From contig CP070750.1 in NCBI GenBank assembly GCA_020348385.1, positions 4,264,520 to 4,328,519 of the forward strand: 64,000 nucleotides of DNA, in the 5' to 3' direction. Position 1 is the stretch's first letter; each line of letters starts with the position of its first letter. A program made the position numbers and the translations under genes. Shown here piece by piece: positions 57,125 through 64,000 of this stretch. The notes under the pieces were generated by a model, which saw only the letters and a list, made by a program, of their open reading frames with translations, had not been told where the DNA came from and did not search any database. Source of the stretch: Candidatus Aminicenantes bacterium (lineage in GTDB: Bacteria > Acidobacteriota > Aminicenantia > Aminicenantales > Aminicenantaceae).

Positions 57125-59180
57125 CTTCCCCTCCTTTCTGCACTTTATTCAAATTAACAATCTTACTCTCGCCCTTCATCCACTCTTTTTGATCCAAAAC
57201 AGGAAGCTGAATGAAAAATTCTGCTCCTTTTCCCAACTCGCTTTTCACATCGATCGTCCCCTTGTGTTTGGACACAATCCCGTAGACTAGAGCCAACCCT
57301 AGCCCTGTCCCTTTTCTCTTTGTCGTGAAAAAAGGATCAAAAAGACGGGAAAGGTGTTCCTCTGCAATTCCTTTCCCCGTATCTTGAATCTGGATTTCGA
57401 TCGCGCTCCTCCCGTTTTTAGATTGACTTCTGATTGTCAAAACACCACTCCCTTCCATGGCTTGAGCCCCGTTCAGGATGATGTTGAAAAAGACCTGCTT
57501 GAGCAGATCAGGGACGGCAAACGTGGTCGGGATCGAGGCCTCCAGTTCTTGTTTCACCTCAATATTCCGGAATAAGGATCGTTTGATGAGAAGAGAGACC
57601 GCCTCTTCGATAATACTGTTGATGTTCACAAGCCCGGGTTTCCATTGGGTCTCCCGAGAAAAACCCAACAGGTCCTTGACTATCTTGGCAGCTCTTTCTG
57701 CCTCTTTGATGACAAGGTCGATGTCCTTTTCCCACTTAGGATTGTGAGCCAAATCTTTCTTCAGCATGCTGCTGAAAAGGGTGATCGTTCCCAAGGGATT
57801 GTTCAATTCGTGGGCCACGCCGGCTGCCAACTGACCGATCGAAGCCAGCTTTTCCGACTGGATGAGCTGTCTCTGGGCCTTTTCCAATTCCTCATGTGAA
57901 ATTTTAAGCTCCTGATGAGATTTCTCCAGACGGGAGTACAGGCGTCGTGATTGGGTGAGAAGATAATGCATGCACATTTCTTTATCCGCCAGACCCTGCA
58001 TGACGGCGATGGCCTTCTCGCGGCAGGTGTTGAAACCACATGCTCCGCAATCCAGATTCCGATTGGGATAGGTCTTGCCCAATTCAGCCAAAACAGCCCG
58101 GATCTCTTCTTCCTTCGGCTCTGGCAGAGATATATCTTGAACAGAAAAGGCGCGTTCAAGGTCCATTGAGGTCAATTTTATAGCAACGTCTTTATCTCCT
58201 TCCCAAACCTCCTCGCTTTGAGACTCAAAAAAATCCACGACAATCTGCTTTCGGCCCGGTCCCGAAATATTCTTGTCCACGATAGGCCCATCGATGCAGC
58301 CTTGACAAAAAAGCACATCGAGAAACTTGGGTCGGATGGCCCCATCCTGCAATTGTTGGAGAGCCCTTATGGCACTCTTCGGACCCGCCGTAATCACGTT
58401 ATCCAAATTCACCAAGTCCTGTTCGAACCCAACGCATTTGGACATTCCGCCAGAGACGCTGAGCACTCTGCCAAGACCCGGCTGAGGTCCATCAAACGCG
58501 GATTCCTTCTGCTTTTCTCGCCTGCTGCCTTTGGCGTTGAGTATATCTCTGTTATCGTGGTAGGTCAGAACACAATCAACGATCCCAGCCAGATGGGGGA
58601 TACGGCACTCATGAATCCGGGAGATACAGGAGCCGAAAAACACCACTTTGGTCTCATCTCCCCGAAGCTTCTTGATGGCTTTACCTGTCGCCACCATCGG
58701 CGAAACCACAGGCAAGAGATGATCGACCAACTGTGGTGCAAATTTTTCGATGTAAAGCACGACCGAGGGACAGAATGAAGAGATATAGGACGTCTTGGCG
58801 TCTTTCCACAGCCATTTTCGATACTCCCGGCTGATCAGGTCTCCGCCGAGAGCAGATTCCCATACTTCCTGGAATACTAGCTTTTTCAGGGCCGTCACCA
58901 ACTGACCCGGCGTTCCCACATCCAGAACAGCCGGGAAAGTGGGATCGAGGCACGCGATCATCTTTTCCCCCGCGTCCAGGCCATCCAAAACCAAGTTCAC
59001 GCCTGTTTGTGTCTGGACAGCCCCATGCGGGCAGTACTTGTAACAGGATCCGCATAATATACAGCGGTTCTCGATCCGAACCACTTTCCTCTGCTCAAGC
59101 ATCAAGGCATTGGTGGGGCAATCCCGCACACACCGGCCGCACAACCGACACTTCTGCCTTGAAATGCTTAAATATTCCAT
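57090..59180 (-). CDS. Sensory [FeFe]-hydrogenase-like (HydS-type H-domain) histidine kinase with N-terminal 2x[4Fe-4S] ferredoxin domain
   Basis: N-terminal CRLCGRCVRDCP + CILCGSCYKYCP. H-domain-like motifs SSFCPSV (cf. TSCCP, first Cys replaced by Phe), FFGSCISRIHE (cf. MPCxxKxxE, Met replaced by Gly), FCQGCIDGP (cf. CxxGCxxG). CGACGFNTC-x16-C matches Cx2Cx4Cx16C. These are followed by a coiled coil, H-box AAGVAHELNNPLG, and N/G boxes ILNGAQAM, DTGKGI, GTGLGLALV. Confidence 0.75.
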   Translation of the reverse strand: MEYLSISRQKCRLCGRCVRDCPTNALMLEQRKVVRIENRCILCGSCYKYCPHGAVQTQTGVNLVLDGLDAGEKMIACLDPTFPAVLDVGTPGQLVTALKKLVFQEVWESALGGDLISREYRKWLWKDAKTSYISSFCPSVVLYIEKFAPQLVDHLLPVVSPMVATGKAIKKLRGDETKVVFFGSCISRIHECRIPHLAGIVDCVLTYHDNRDILNAKGSRREKQKESAFDGPQPGLGRVLSVSGGMSKCVGFEQDLVNLDNVITAGPKSAIRALQQLQDGAIRPKFLDVLFCQGCIDGPIVDKNISGPGRKQIVVDFFESQSEEVWEGDKDVAIKLTSMDLERAFSVQDISLPEPKEEEIRAVLAELGKTYPNRNLDCGACGFNTCREKAIAVMQGLADKEMCMHYLLTQSRRLYSRLEKSHQELKISHEELEKAQRQLIQSEKLASIGQLAAGVAHELNNPLGTITLFSSMLKKDLAHNPKWEKDIDLVIKEAERAAKIVKDLLGFSRETQWKPGLVNINSIIEEAVSLLIKRSLFRNIEVKQELEASIPTTFAVPDLLKQVFFNIILNGAQAMEGSGVLTIRSQSKNGRSAIEIQIQDTGKGIAEEHLSRLFDPFFTTKRKGTGLGLALVYGIVSKHKGTIDVKSELGKGAEFFIQLPVLDQKEWMKGESKIVNLNKVQKGGEDDSKKTNLIGG

Positions 59181-59204
59181 GGGACTCGAAGGATTATTTG
59201 CCTT

Positions 59205-59885
59205 CTAGCTTGTCAGCCTTTCGATCTCATCGATCAAGACTTTGGGGCTCACGGGTTTATCCAGGAGAACATCCGCCCCGCTGATTTTCAGGACATCATC
59301 GCTGGATGAAAAATCCAAGTTCGTCTGCGCACTGATCGAGGTCAATAACATGACGGGGAGATCTTTGTGCTTTTGCTTGATCTTCTCGCTGGCTTTGAAA
59401 CCCGAATCGAACTGCTCCATCATGACATCGAGAATAACGATGTCAGGTTTAGCCTCATCTAAGACAGCCATGCATTCCTTCGAGCTCCGGGCTGTAACGA
59501 CCGCATAACCCCTATGCTCCAACACAGCAGTATGCATTTCTAAAAAATCTCTATCATCATCCACAAGAAGGACCTTTTTAGGCGTTCCCTCCACCTGCTT
59601 GCTGTCTTTTTTCGTCACCAATGAGAGGATACGGCGAAGACTCTCAGGATCTTCGATCGCTTCCTCGACTTTTGTGACCAATTGATCACCCTCGTAATAA
59701 GAGTACTCGATCTTGCAATCGCACTGGACGTGGCAGCGGAAGATTTGTTTCATCGCATCTTCCGTGTCCGCAATATCCAGCTTTTCGCCTTCAAAATAAG
59801 GACAGGCCGTCCACTCCCCCGGACTTATCATTTCCTGACATTCCGGACAATACACTTGAATGAAAGGTTTCGTCTTATTTTCCAT
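59205..59885 (-). CDS. Response-regulator receiver protein with N-terminal Cys-rich (zinc-ribbon-like) domain
   Basis: N-terminal CPECQEMISPGEWTACPYFEG...CHVQCDC (7 Cys + His). C-terminal receiver VLLVDDDRDFLEM...DIVILDVMME...VMLLTS...K. No DNA-binding domain. Confidence 0.75.
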   Translation of the reverse strand: MENKTKPFIQVYCPECQEMISPGEWTACPYFEGEKLDIADTEDAMKQIFRCHVQCDCKIEYSYYEGDQLVTKVEEAIEDPESLRRILSLVTKKDSKQVEGTPKKVLLVDDDRDFLEMHTAVLEHRGYAVVTARSSKECMAVLDEAKPDIVILDVMMEQFDSGFKASEKIKQKHKDLPVMLLTSISAQTNLDFSSSDDVLKISGADVLLDKPVSPKVLIDEIERLTS

Positions 59886-60040
59886 TATTCCCTGCTCCTG
59901 TTATAAAAAGCCTATTATTATAGATTATGATTTAAACACAGATTTTGTTAGGTTAATGCCAAATGATGGCTATTTATCTTATCAAATACCTCAGAAATTC
60001 AGTAATTTATATTTTAAACGAAACAGGGTGATATTTCAAT

Positions 60041-60097
60041 AAAAAAGGGGACGGTTCTATTTTTTTTGTTAAAAAAAATAGAACCGTCCCCTTTTTT
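60041..60097. repeat. Perfect 27-bp inverted repeat with a 3-nt loop (A-run/GC-core/T-run on both arms). Candidate bidirectional intrinsic terminator or operator.
   Basis: aaaaaaggggacggttctatttttttt-gtt-aaaaaaaatagaaccgtcccctttttt read directly at 60041-60097. It lies in the divergent spacer between genes ending/starting at 59885 and 60150. Confidence 0.5.
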
Positions 60098-60149
60098 TCT
60101 TTTGAAGTTAGTCCCGTATTAACTTATTATAACTTGGGAGGAAAGGGAA

Positions 60150-61229
60150 ATGGCTGAACGACTCAAAGACATGTTTTTCACCCGAGAATCGATCGATAAA
60201 TTTGCAGATACGATAAAACTGCATTATTCGGACTTCGAAAAGTCAGAATTTCTAAAGCACATGTTCGATGAATCTTTCGAAGCAAAAGAACTGCTGGACA
60301 AGATGAAACACACGACAAAATGTTTGTTTGACACACTGCCTAAACCATACAAAAAAGCTCTCGATATCTTGATAAAAGCGGCGCCAGATGTCAAAGGATT
60401 CGAAGCGATGGCCCTTCCAGACTTTGTGGCCACCTACGGAATGGATGATTGGGATCTGTCTTTGCCTGCCTTGAGACACTTCACACAGTACTATTCATCC
60501 GAGCTGGCCATCCGACCTTTCCTGGCCAAAGATCCTGAAAAAGGCATGACCACCATGGCCGCCTGGGCAGAAGATAAAAATCCAAAGGTCCGCCGACTGG
60601 CCAGCGAGGGCTGCCGCCCGAGGCTCCCTTGGGCCATGGCACTGCCCAAATTTAAAAAAGACCCAAGCCTCGTGTTGCCCATCTTGGAAAAACTGAAAGA
60701 CGATGTGTCGGAAGATGTACGGCGAAGCGTTGCCAACAACTTGAACGACATCTCCAAAGACAATCCCAAATTGGCCTTGGGAATCTGCGAGAACTGGTAC
60801 GGGCAGTCAGAAAAAGTGGATAAAATCGTGAAACATGCCTGCCGCACCCTGCTCAAGGCAGGAGACAAACGGGCTCTTGCGATTTTTGGGTACAGCGATC
60901 CGGATTTGATCAGTGTAGAAAATCTAAGCCTCGATAAAGAAGCTTTGAATATCGGAGATGTTTTAACCTTTTCATTTGATATCATCGTCACAAAAAAAAG
61001 CAAAGTCCGTCTGGAGTATGCGGTTTATTTTGTCAAAGCCAAGGATAAACTTTCAAAAAAAGTGTTTAAGATCACGGAAAAAGATTATGAATCAGGAAGC
61101 TTTTCTATCGCGAGGAAACAGTCCTTCATAGAGCAGACAACCCGAAAACATTATCCCGGCATACACCAGATTTCCATCATCGTGAATGGGGAAGAAAAGG
61201 CTAAAGCTTCGTTTGAACTGACAAAGTAG
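60150..61229 (+). CDS. DNA alkylation repair protein (HEAT-like repeat AlkC/AlkD family) with C-terminal extension
   Basis: GGGAGG RBS. PKVRRLASEGCRPRLPWA and VRRSVANNLNDISK are typical of the DNA-alkylation-repair-enzyme (AlkC/AlkD) HEAT-like fold. A ~110-aa C-terminal beta-rich tail resembles the extra domain of AlkC. Confidence 0.6.
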   Translation: MAERLKDMFFTRESIDKFADTIKLHYSDFEKSEFLKHMFDESFEAKELLDKMKHTTKCLFDTLPKPYKKALDILIKAAPDVKGFEAMALPDFVATYGMDDWDLSLPALRHFTQYYSSELAIRPFLAKDPEKGMTTMAAWAEDKNPKVRRLASEGCRPRLPWAMALPKFKKDPSLVLPILEKLKDDVSEDVRRSVANNLNDISKDNPKLALGICENWYGQSEKVDKIVKHACRTLLKAGDKRALAIFGYSDPDLISVENLSLDKEALNIGDVLTFSFDIIVTKKSKVRLEYAVYFVKAKDKLSKKVFKITEKDYESGSFSIARKQSFIEQTTRKHYPGIHQISIIVNGEEKAKASFELTK

Positions 61230-61278
61230 CAAACCACGTCTCACATATCGACTTGTGAATAATCCAGTGAAAATATCC

Positions 61279-61911
61279 CTAAAATCGGTCATAAACGATG
61301 GCCTCCTTGAGATCCTTTTTCGGAGGCGTTTCGGGCCATTTATCCGGAATACCTATAGGAGTTATGCAGACCCTTTTGTAATTATCGGGTATATTGAGTA
61401 TTTTATTAGTTACATCCTCGGGAATAGAATTCACACAAAAAACAGAGCCATATCCTAAAGCTCGCGCGGCAAGCATAAGGTTTTCTGCAGCCAGAGCACC
61501 AGCAGTTGCATCGTTCACCGGATTCCTCGTTTGGGTATCGGCCAACACGACCACATAAACAGGCGCCGACATATAGTCGGTGAAATACTGTTTACTCTGC
61601 TCTCCTCCCCTTTTTATGCACTCATCTCTTATCTGATCCAAAATATCCCGGTTTTTGATGACCACAAATTTCCAAGCCTGTCTGTTTCTAGGGCAGGGAG
61701 CATAGTGGGCTGCTTCCAGGATTTGGAGAATGTGTTCATCCGGCACGGGTGTGGGCTTGAATTTCCGAACCGAGCGGCGCGTTTTGAAAGTTATGAACAG
61801 ATCCGTTTGGGACTGCGAATCCTCTGTCACTGCGGCAAACGGAGAACAGAAAAATCCTGCAGACCCCACAAATCCGGTTTTTAGAAATTGTCGTCTTTTT
61901 GTAGTTTTCAT
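61279..61911 (-). CDS. Nitroreductase-family flavoprotein with twin-arginine (Tat) signal peptide
   Basis: MKTTKRRQFLKTGFVGSAGFF Tat leader. Nitroreductase-family motifs (RRSVRKF, ...AAENLMLAARALGYGS). Confidence 0.75.
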   Translation of the reverse strand: MKTTKRRQFLKTGFVGSAGFFCSPFAAVTEDSQSQTDLFITFKTRRSVRKFKPTPVPDEHILQILEAAHYAPCPRNRQAWKFVVIKNRDILDQIRDECIKRGGEQSKQYFTDYMSAPVYVVVLADTQTRNPVNDATAGALAAENLMLAARALGYGSVFCVNSIPEDVTNKILNIPDNYKRVCITPIGIPDKWPETPPKKDLKEAIVYDRF

Positions 61912-62063
61912 GTCTTCTCCCTCTATGACACTATGTTTGTTTATAATTCTAATTACGAACTTTCAAAAAAATGGTTCAATTGCCCGGTCCTACCTGTAAC
62001 ATTATCCCAGTTGCAGCGTATAAAAGGGTGAAAAAACAAATTCTGGCAGAAAAGGAGAAAAAA

Positions 62064-63008
62064 ATGAAAAAAGCTGTCATCGTTTTGGTAACTGTCATTC
62101 TCGCCATGTTTTTCTGTTGCGAACTTTTGGCAACCAACCTCCAAAAATCCATCATCCCTGCCGAGGCAAGCTGGGTGATCCACTTTGATTTGGAAAAATT
62201 CGCTGCAACCCAGATCGGGAACCACTTGCTCACCGAGCAAGACGCATTGGGGTTGGGGAAAAAGAACGCCGAATTCAAGAAGAAGTACCAGATCGATCTT
62301 CTTGAAGATATTGATGGCATCACCGTTTTCGGATTTGGAAATGGAGAGGAGAACTTGGTGGCCTGTCTCCATGGAAATTTGAATCGGGATTATCTTCTGG
62401 AGCTTCTGGGAGCAGAAGAATCCCACAAAGAAATCCCGCACGGCAAATTCACCATTCACAATTGGGATGGGGATGAATACGGGGTTTTTGCCAGTGATAC
62501 TCTCGCATTAATGGGACCAAACCAGGATGCCATCAAGCTGGCGCTGGATGTCATCGCTGGAAAAAAGGCGAATATCGGAAGCTCCCCGATGAATGACTAC
62601 ATCAAAGAGATCCCCTCCAACGCCTTTATGGCCGCTTTGGCTAAAGACATCTCGTCATTGGCAAAAGGTGGATCCAAAGTTTTTATCATCAAAAAAACAG
62701 AATCGGTCATGTTCTCTCTTTCGGAAATCAAAGAAAATTTCAATATCCGCTTGAATTTTACGGTCAAAACTTTGGAAGATGCCGAGAATATGGAAAACGT
62801 TTTGAGGGGTCTTATTTCTTTGGCAAACATGCAGCTGGAAGAAATGAAAACCGGATTCAAGGTTCCTGAGGACATTGTGATTGCGACAAAGGGGAAAAAA
62901 GTCTACGTGGAAATGAACTATCCCAGTAAAGCTTTGCTCGATATCGCGATGGGTAAAACAAAATTCTCCCCCTTCCATCTTATAAGCGATTTCAATCTCC
63001 TTCCATAA
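62064..63008 (+). CDS. Hypothetical secreted protein
   Basis: AAGGAG RBS. Signal peptide MKKAVIVLVTVILAMFFCCELLA. No recognisable motifs. The ORF track start at 61971 is an upstream extension. Confidence 0.5.
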   Translation: MKKAVIVLVTVILAMFFCCELLATNLQKSIIPAEASWVIHFDLEKFAATQIGNHLLTEQDALGLGKKNAEFKKKYQIDLLEDIDGITVFGFGNGEENLVACLHGNLNRDYLLELLGAEESHKEIPHGKFTIHNWDGDEYGVFASDTLALMGPNQDAIKLALDVIAGKKANIGSSPMNDYIKEIPSNAFMAALAKDISSLAKGGSKVFIIKKTESVMFSLSEIKENFNIRLNFTVKTLEDAENMENVLRGLISLANMQLEEMKTGFKVPEDIVIATKGKKVYVEMNYPSKALLDIAMGKTKFSPFHLISDFNLLP

Positions 63009-63059
63009 ACTCTAGGAATTAGGTGAACTAAGGATTATAATAAGGGAGCCAGTAAGCGG

Positions 63060-63662
63060 ATGGAAAACATCTCAGCGGTCAAACAGCTCTCCGATGAAGA
63101 ACTGGCCTCTAAGGTGGCTACTGGTTCTCGTGCGTCTTTCGAGGAACTGGTCTTACGCTACAGTTCCCGGTTATTTTATTTTCTGCGGCACCGTTTCAAA
63201 ACAGACCAGGATATCGAAGACCTAATCCAGGATACATTTCTCAAAGCCTTCAGGAATATCGATCGATTCAACCCCGAACGGAAATTCTCGACATGGCTGT
63301 ACACGATTGCCATCCGGCAGGCCATCAGCCGCTTCCGTTCGGAGAAAAAAAGATCGACCTCTCTCGATCCCTCTCCCTCCCCTCCAGATCCACAGGAAAT
63401 CGTCATCCAGAAGGAAGAGTCACAAAATATCTGGTATTTGGCCAGTAAGCTGGGAGAGAGACAATACGAGGCCCTCTGGCTGCATTATGGTGAGGATATG
63501 CCGATCAAAGAGATGGCAAAAATCCTGAATAAAAAACCGATCACAGTCCGGGTCCTCCTCCACAGGGCCCGGTTGAATCTCGGAAAGAGGATGGATCAAC
63601 CGATCACATCTGGAAAACTTGCAGGAACAACTTCTGCAGCCCATAAATTTTCATTCTTATGA
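63060..63662 (+). CDS. ECF-type RNA polymerase sigma-70 family factor
   Basis: Region 2 (DLIQDTFLKAFRNIDRFNPERKFSTWLYTIA) and region 4 (PIKEMAKILNKKPITVRVLLHRAR) signatures. Confidence 0.85.
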   Translation: MENISAVKQLSDEELASKVATGSRASFEELVLRYSSRLFYFLRHRFKTDQDIEDLIQDTFLKAFRNIDRFNPERKFSTWLYTIAIRQAISRFRSEKKRSTSLDPSPSPPDPQEIVIQKEESQNIWYLASKLGERQYEALWLHYGEDMPIKEMAKILNKKPITVRVLLHRARLNLGKRMDQPITSGKLAGTTSAAHKFSFL

Positions 63663-63682
63663 TTGCGATGAGGAGAAGCAAA

Positions 63683-64000
63683 ATGTTTTGCTCAATATAT
63701 AAATGGAAGATATCCCAGGCCATGGATTCGGGAAAACCCACATCCAGCAAGGTGCATAGGCATATGAACAAGTGTGATTCATGCCGTAAATATGCCGAAC
63801 TCTGCACATCCCTCAAGCCGAAGTTTACCCAGGATAAGCACCTGATTCTCCAAAATTTCCATGCGGGTTTGAACAAAAAGATAATGGCTGGGATTCCTGA
63901 AAAACCAGAACTCTTGCCTGAATCGGGGCGCAAGGTTCGTGATCACAATTGGCCGTTCCGAAGGCTTGCCTTGATGCCTTCTCTGGCTGCGGCCGTATCG
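63683..64000 (+). CDS. Putative anti-sigma factor (zinc-finger anti-sigma-like H-x3-C-x2-C), 3'-partial at window end
   Basis: Begins 20-25 nt after the sigma-factor stop. An alternative in-frame ATG lies at ~63658. Translation MFCSIYKWKISQAMDSGKPTSSKVHRHMNKCDSCRKY... contains HRHMNKCDSC. The frame is open to the window end. Confidence 0.5.
   Translation, partial: MFCSIYKWKISQAMDSGKPTSSKVHRHMNKCDSCRKYAELCTSLKPKFTQDKHLILQNFHAGLNKKIMAGIPEKPELLPESGRKVRDHNWPFRRLALMPSLAAAVS

Noticed and set aside
1-64000. Scan for mobile elements, CRISPR arrays, tRNA/rRNA
   Set aside because: I saw no transposase or integrase-like ORF and no regularly spaced direct repeats. No cloverleaf-like or rRNA-like stretch was recognisable by eye. 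I cannot exclude tRNAs without a dedicated scan.

Overview
This 64-kb window looks like a chromosomal segment from an uncultivated, probably anaerobic bacterium, with roughly 50% GC. I saw no rRNA, tRNA, CRISPR array, transposase or integrase. Gene density is high and many adjacent genes overlap by 4 to 35 nt. Two regions stand out. (1) Positions ~4.2-26.5 kb form a ~22-kb run of 17 genes all on the minus strand. Eight are paralogous secreted or membrane-anchored PQQ-like beta-propeller proteins that share an N-terminal W-P-x-F/W-R-G motif. The start-stop overlaps indicate one or two operons. Interleaved with the propellers are a NapG/NapH (MauM/MauN)-like ferredoxin pair, a small Tat-signal Cys protein, an NHL-repeat propeller, an NAD(P)H/ferredoxin flavoprotein pair of the NuoE-NuoF/HydB and NuoG-GltD type (Sporomusa-type Nfn-like), a GT4 glycosyltransferase and a MacB/FtsX-type ABC exporter. 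Two further propeller paralogs lie inverted at either edge of the region. I could not identify the function of this system. (2) Positions 52.9-59.9 kb carry a minus-strand signalling operon. Its core is a ferredoxin plus [FeFe]-hydrogenase H-domain-like sensor carrying the HydS-type Cx2Cx4Cx16C motif, fused directly to a histidine kinase. It is flanked by three receiver proteins, none of which has a DNA-binding output domain, and followed by a fused NfnA-NfnB-like NADPH oxidoreductase. This is a candidate H2/redox-sensing phosphorelay. Other content: a glutamate-synthase-like GXGXG protein, a DGC-domain protein, a bacteriohemerythrin, an IorA/IorB-type molybdenum hydroxylase, two tandem M14 carboxypeptidases with Asp-rich inserts (the second interrupted by an in-frame TGA), an M24 peptidase, a secreted-looking O-methyltransferase, an OmpR/HK pair, a VKOR-thioredoxin fusion, a cyclophilin, a GH95 fucosidase, an AlkC/AlkD-like repair protein, a Tat-signal nitroreductase and an ECF sigma/anti-sigma pair. 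There is a decayed AT-rich scar at 27.1-28.1 kb and a 27-bp perfect inverted repeat at ~60.04-60.10 kb.
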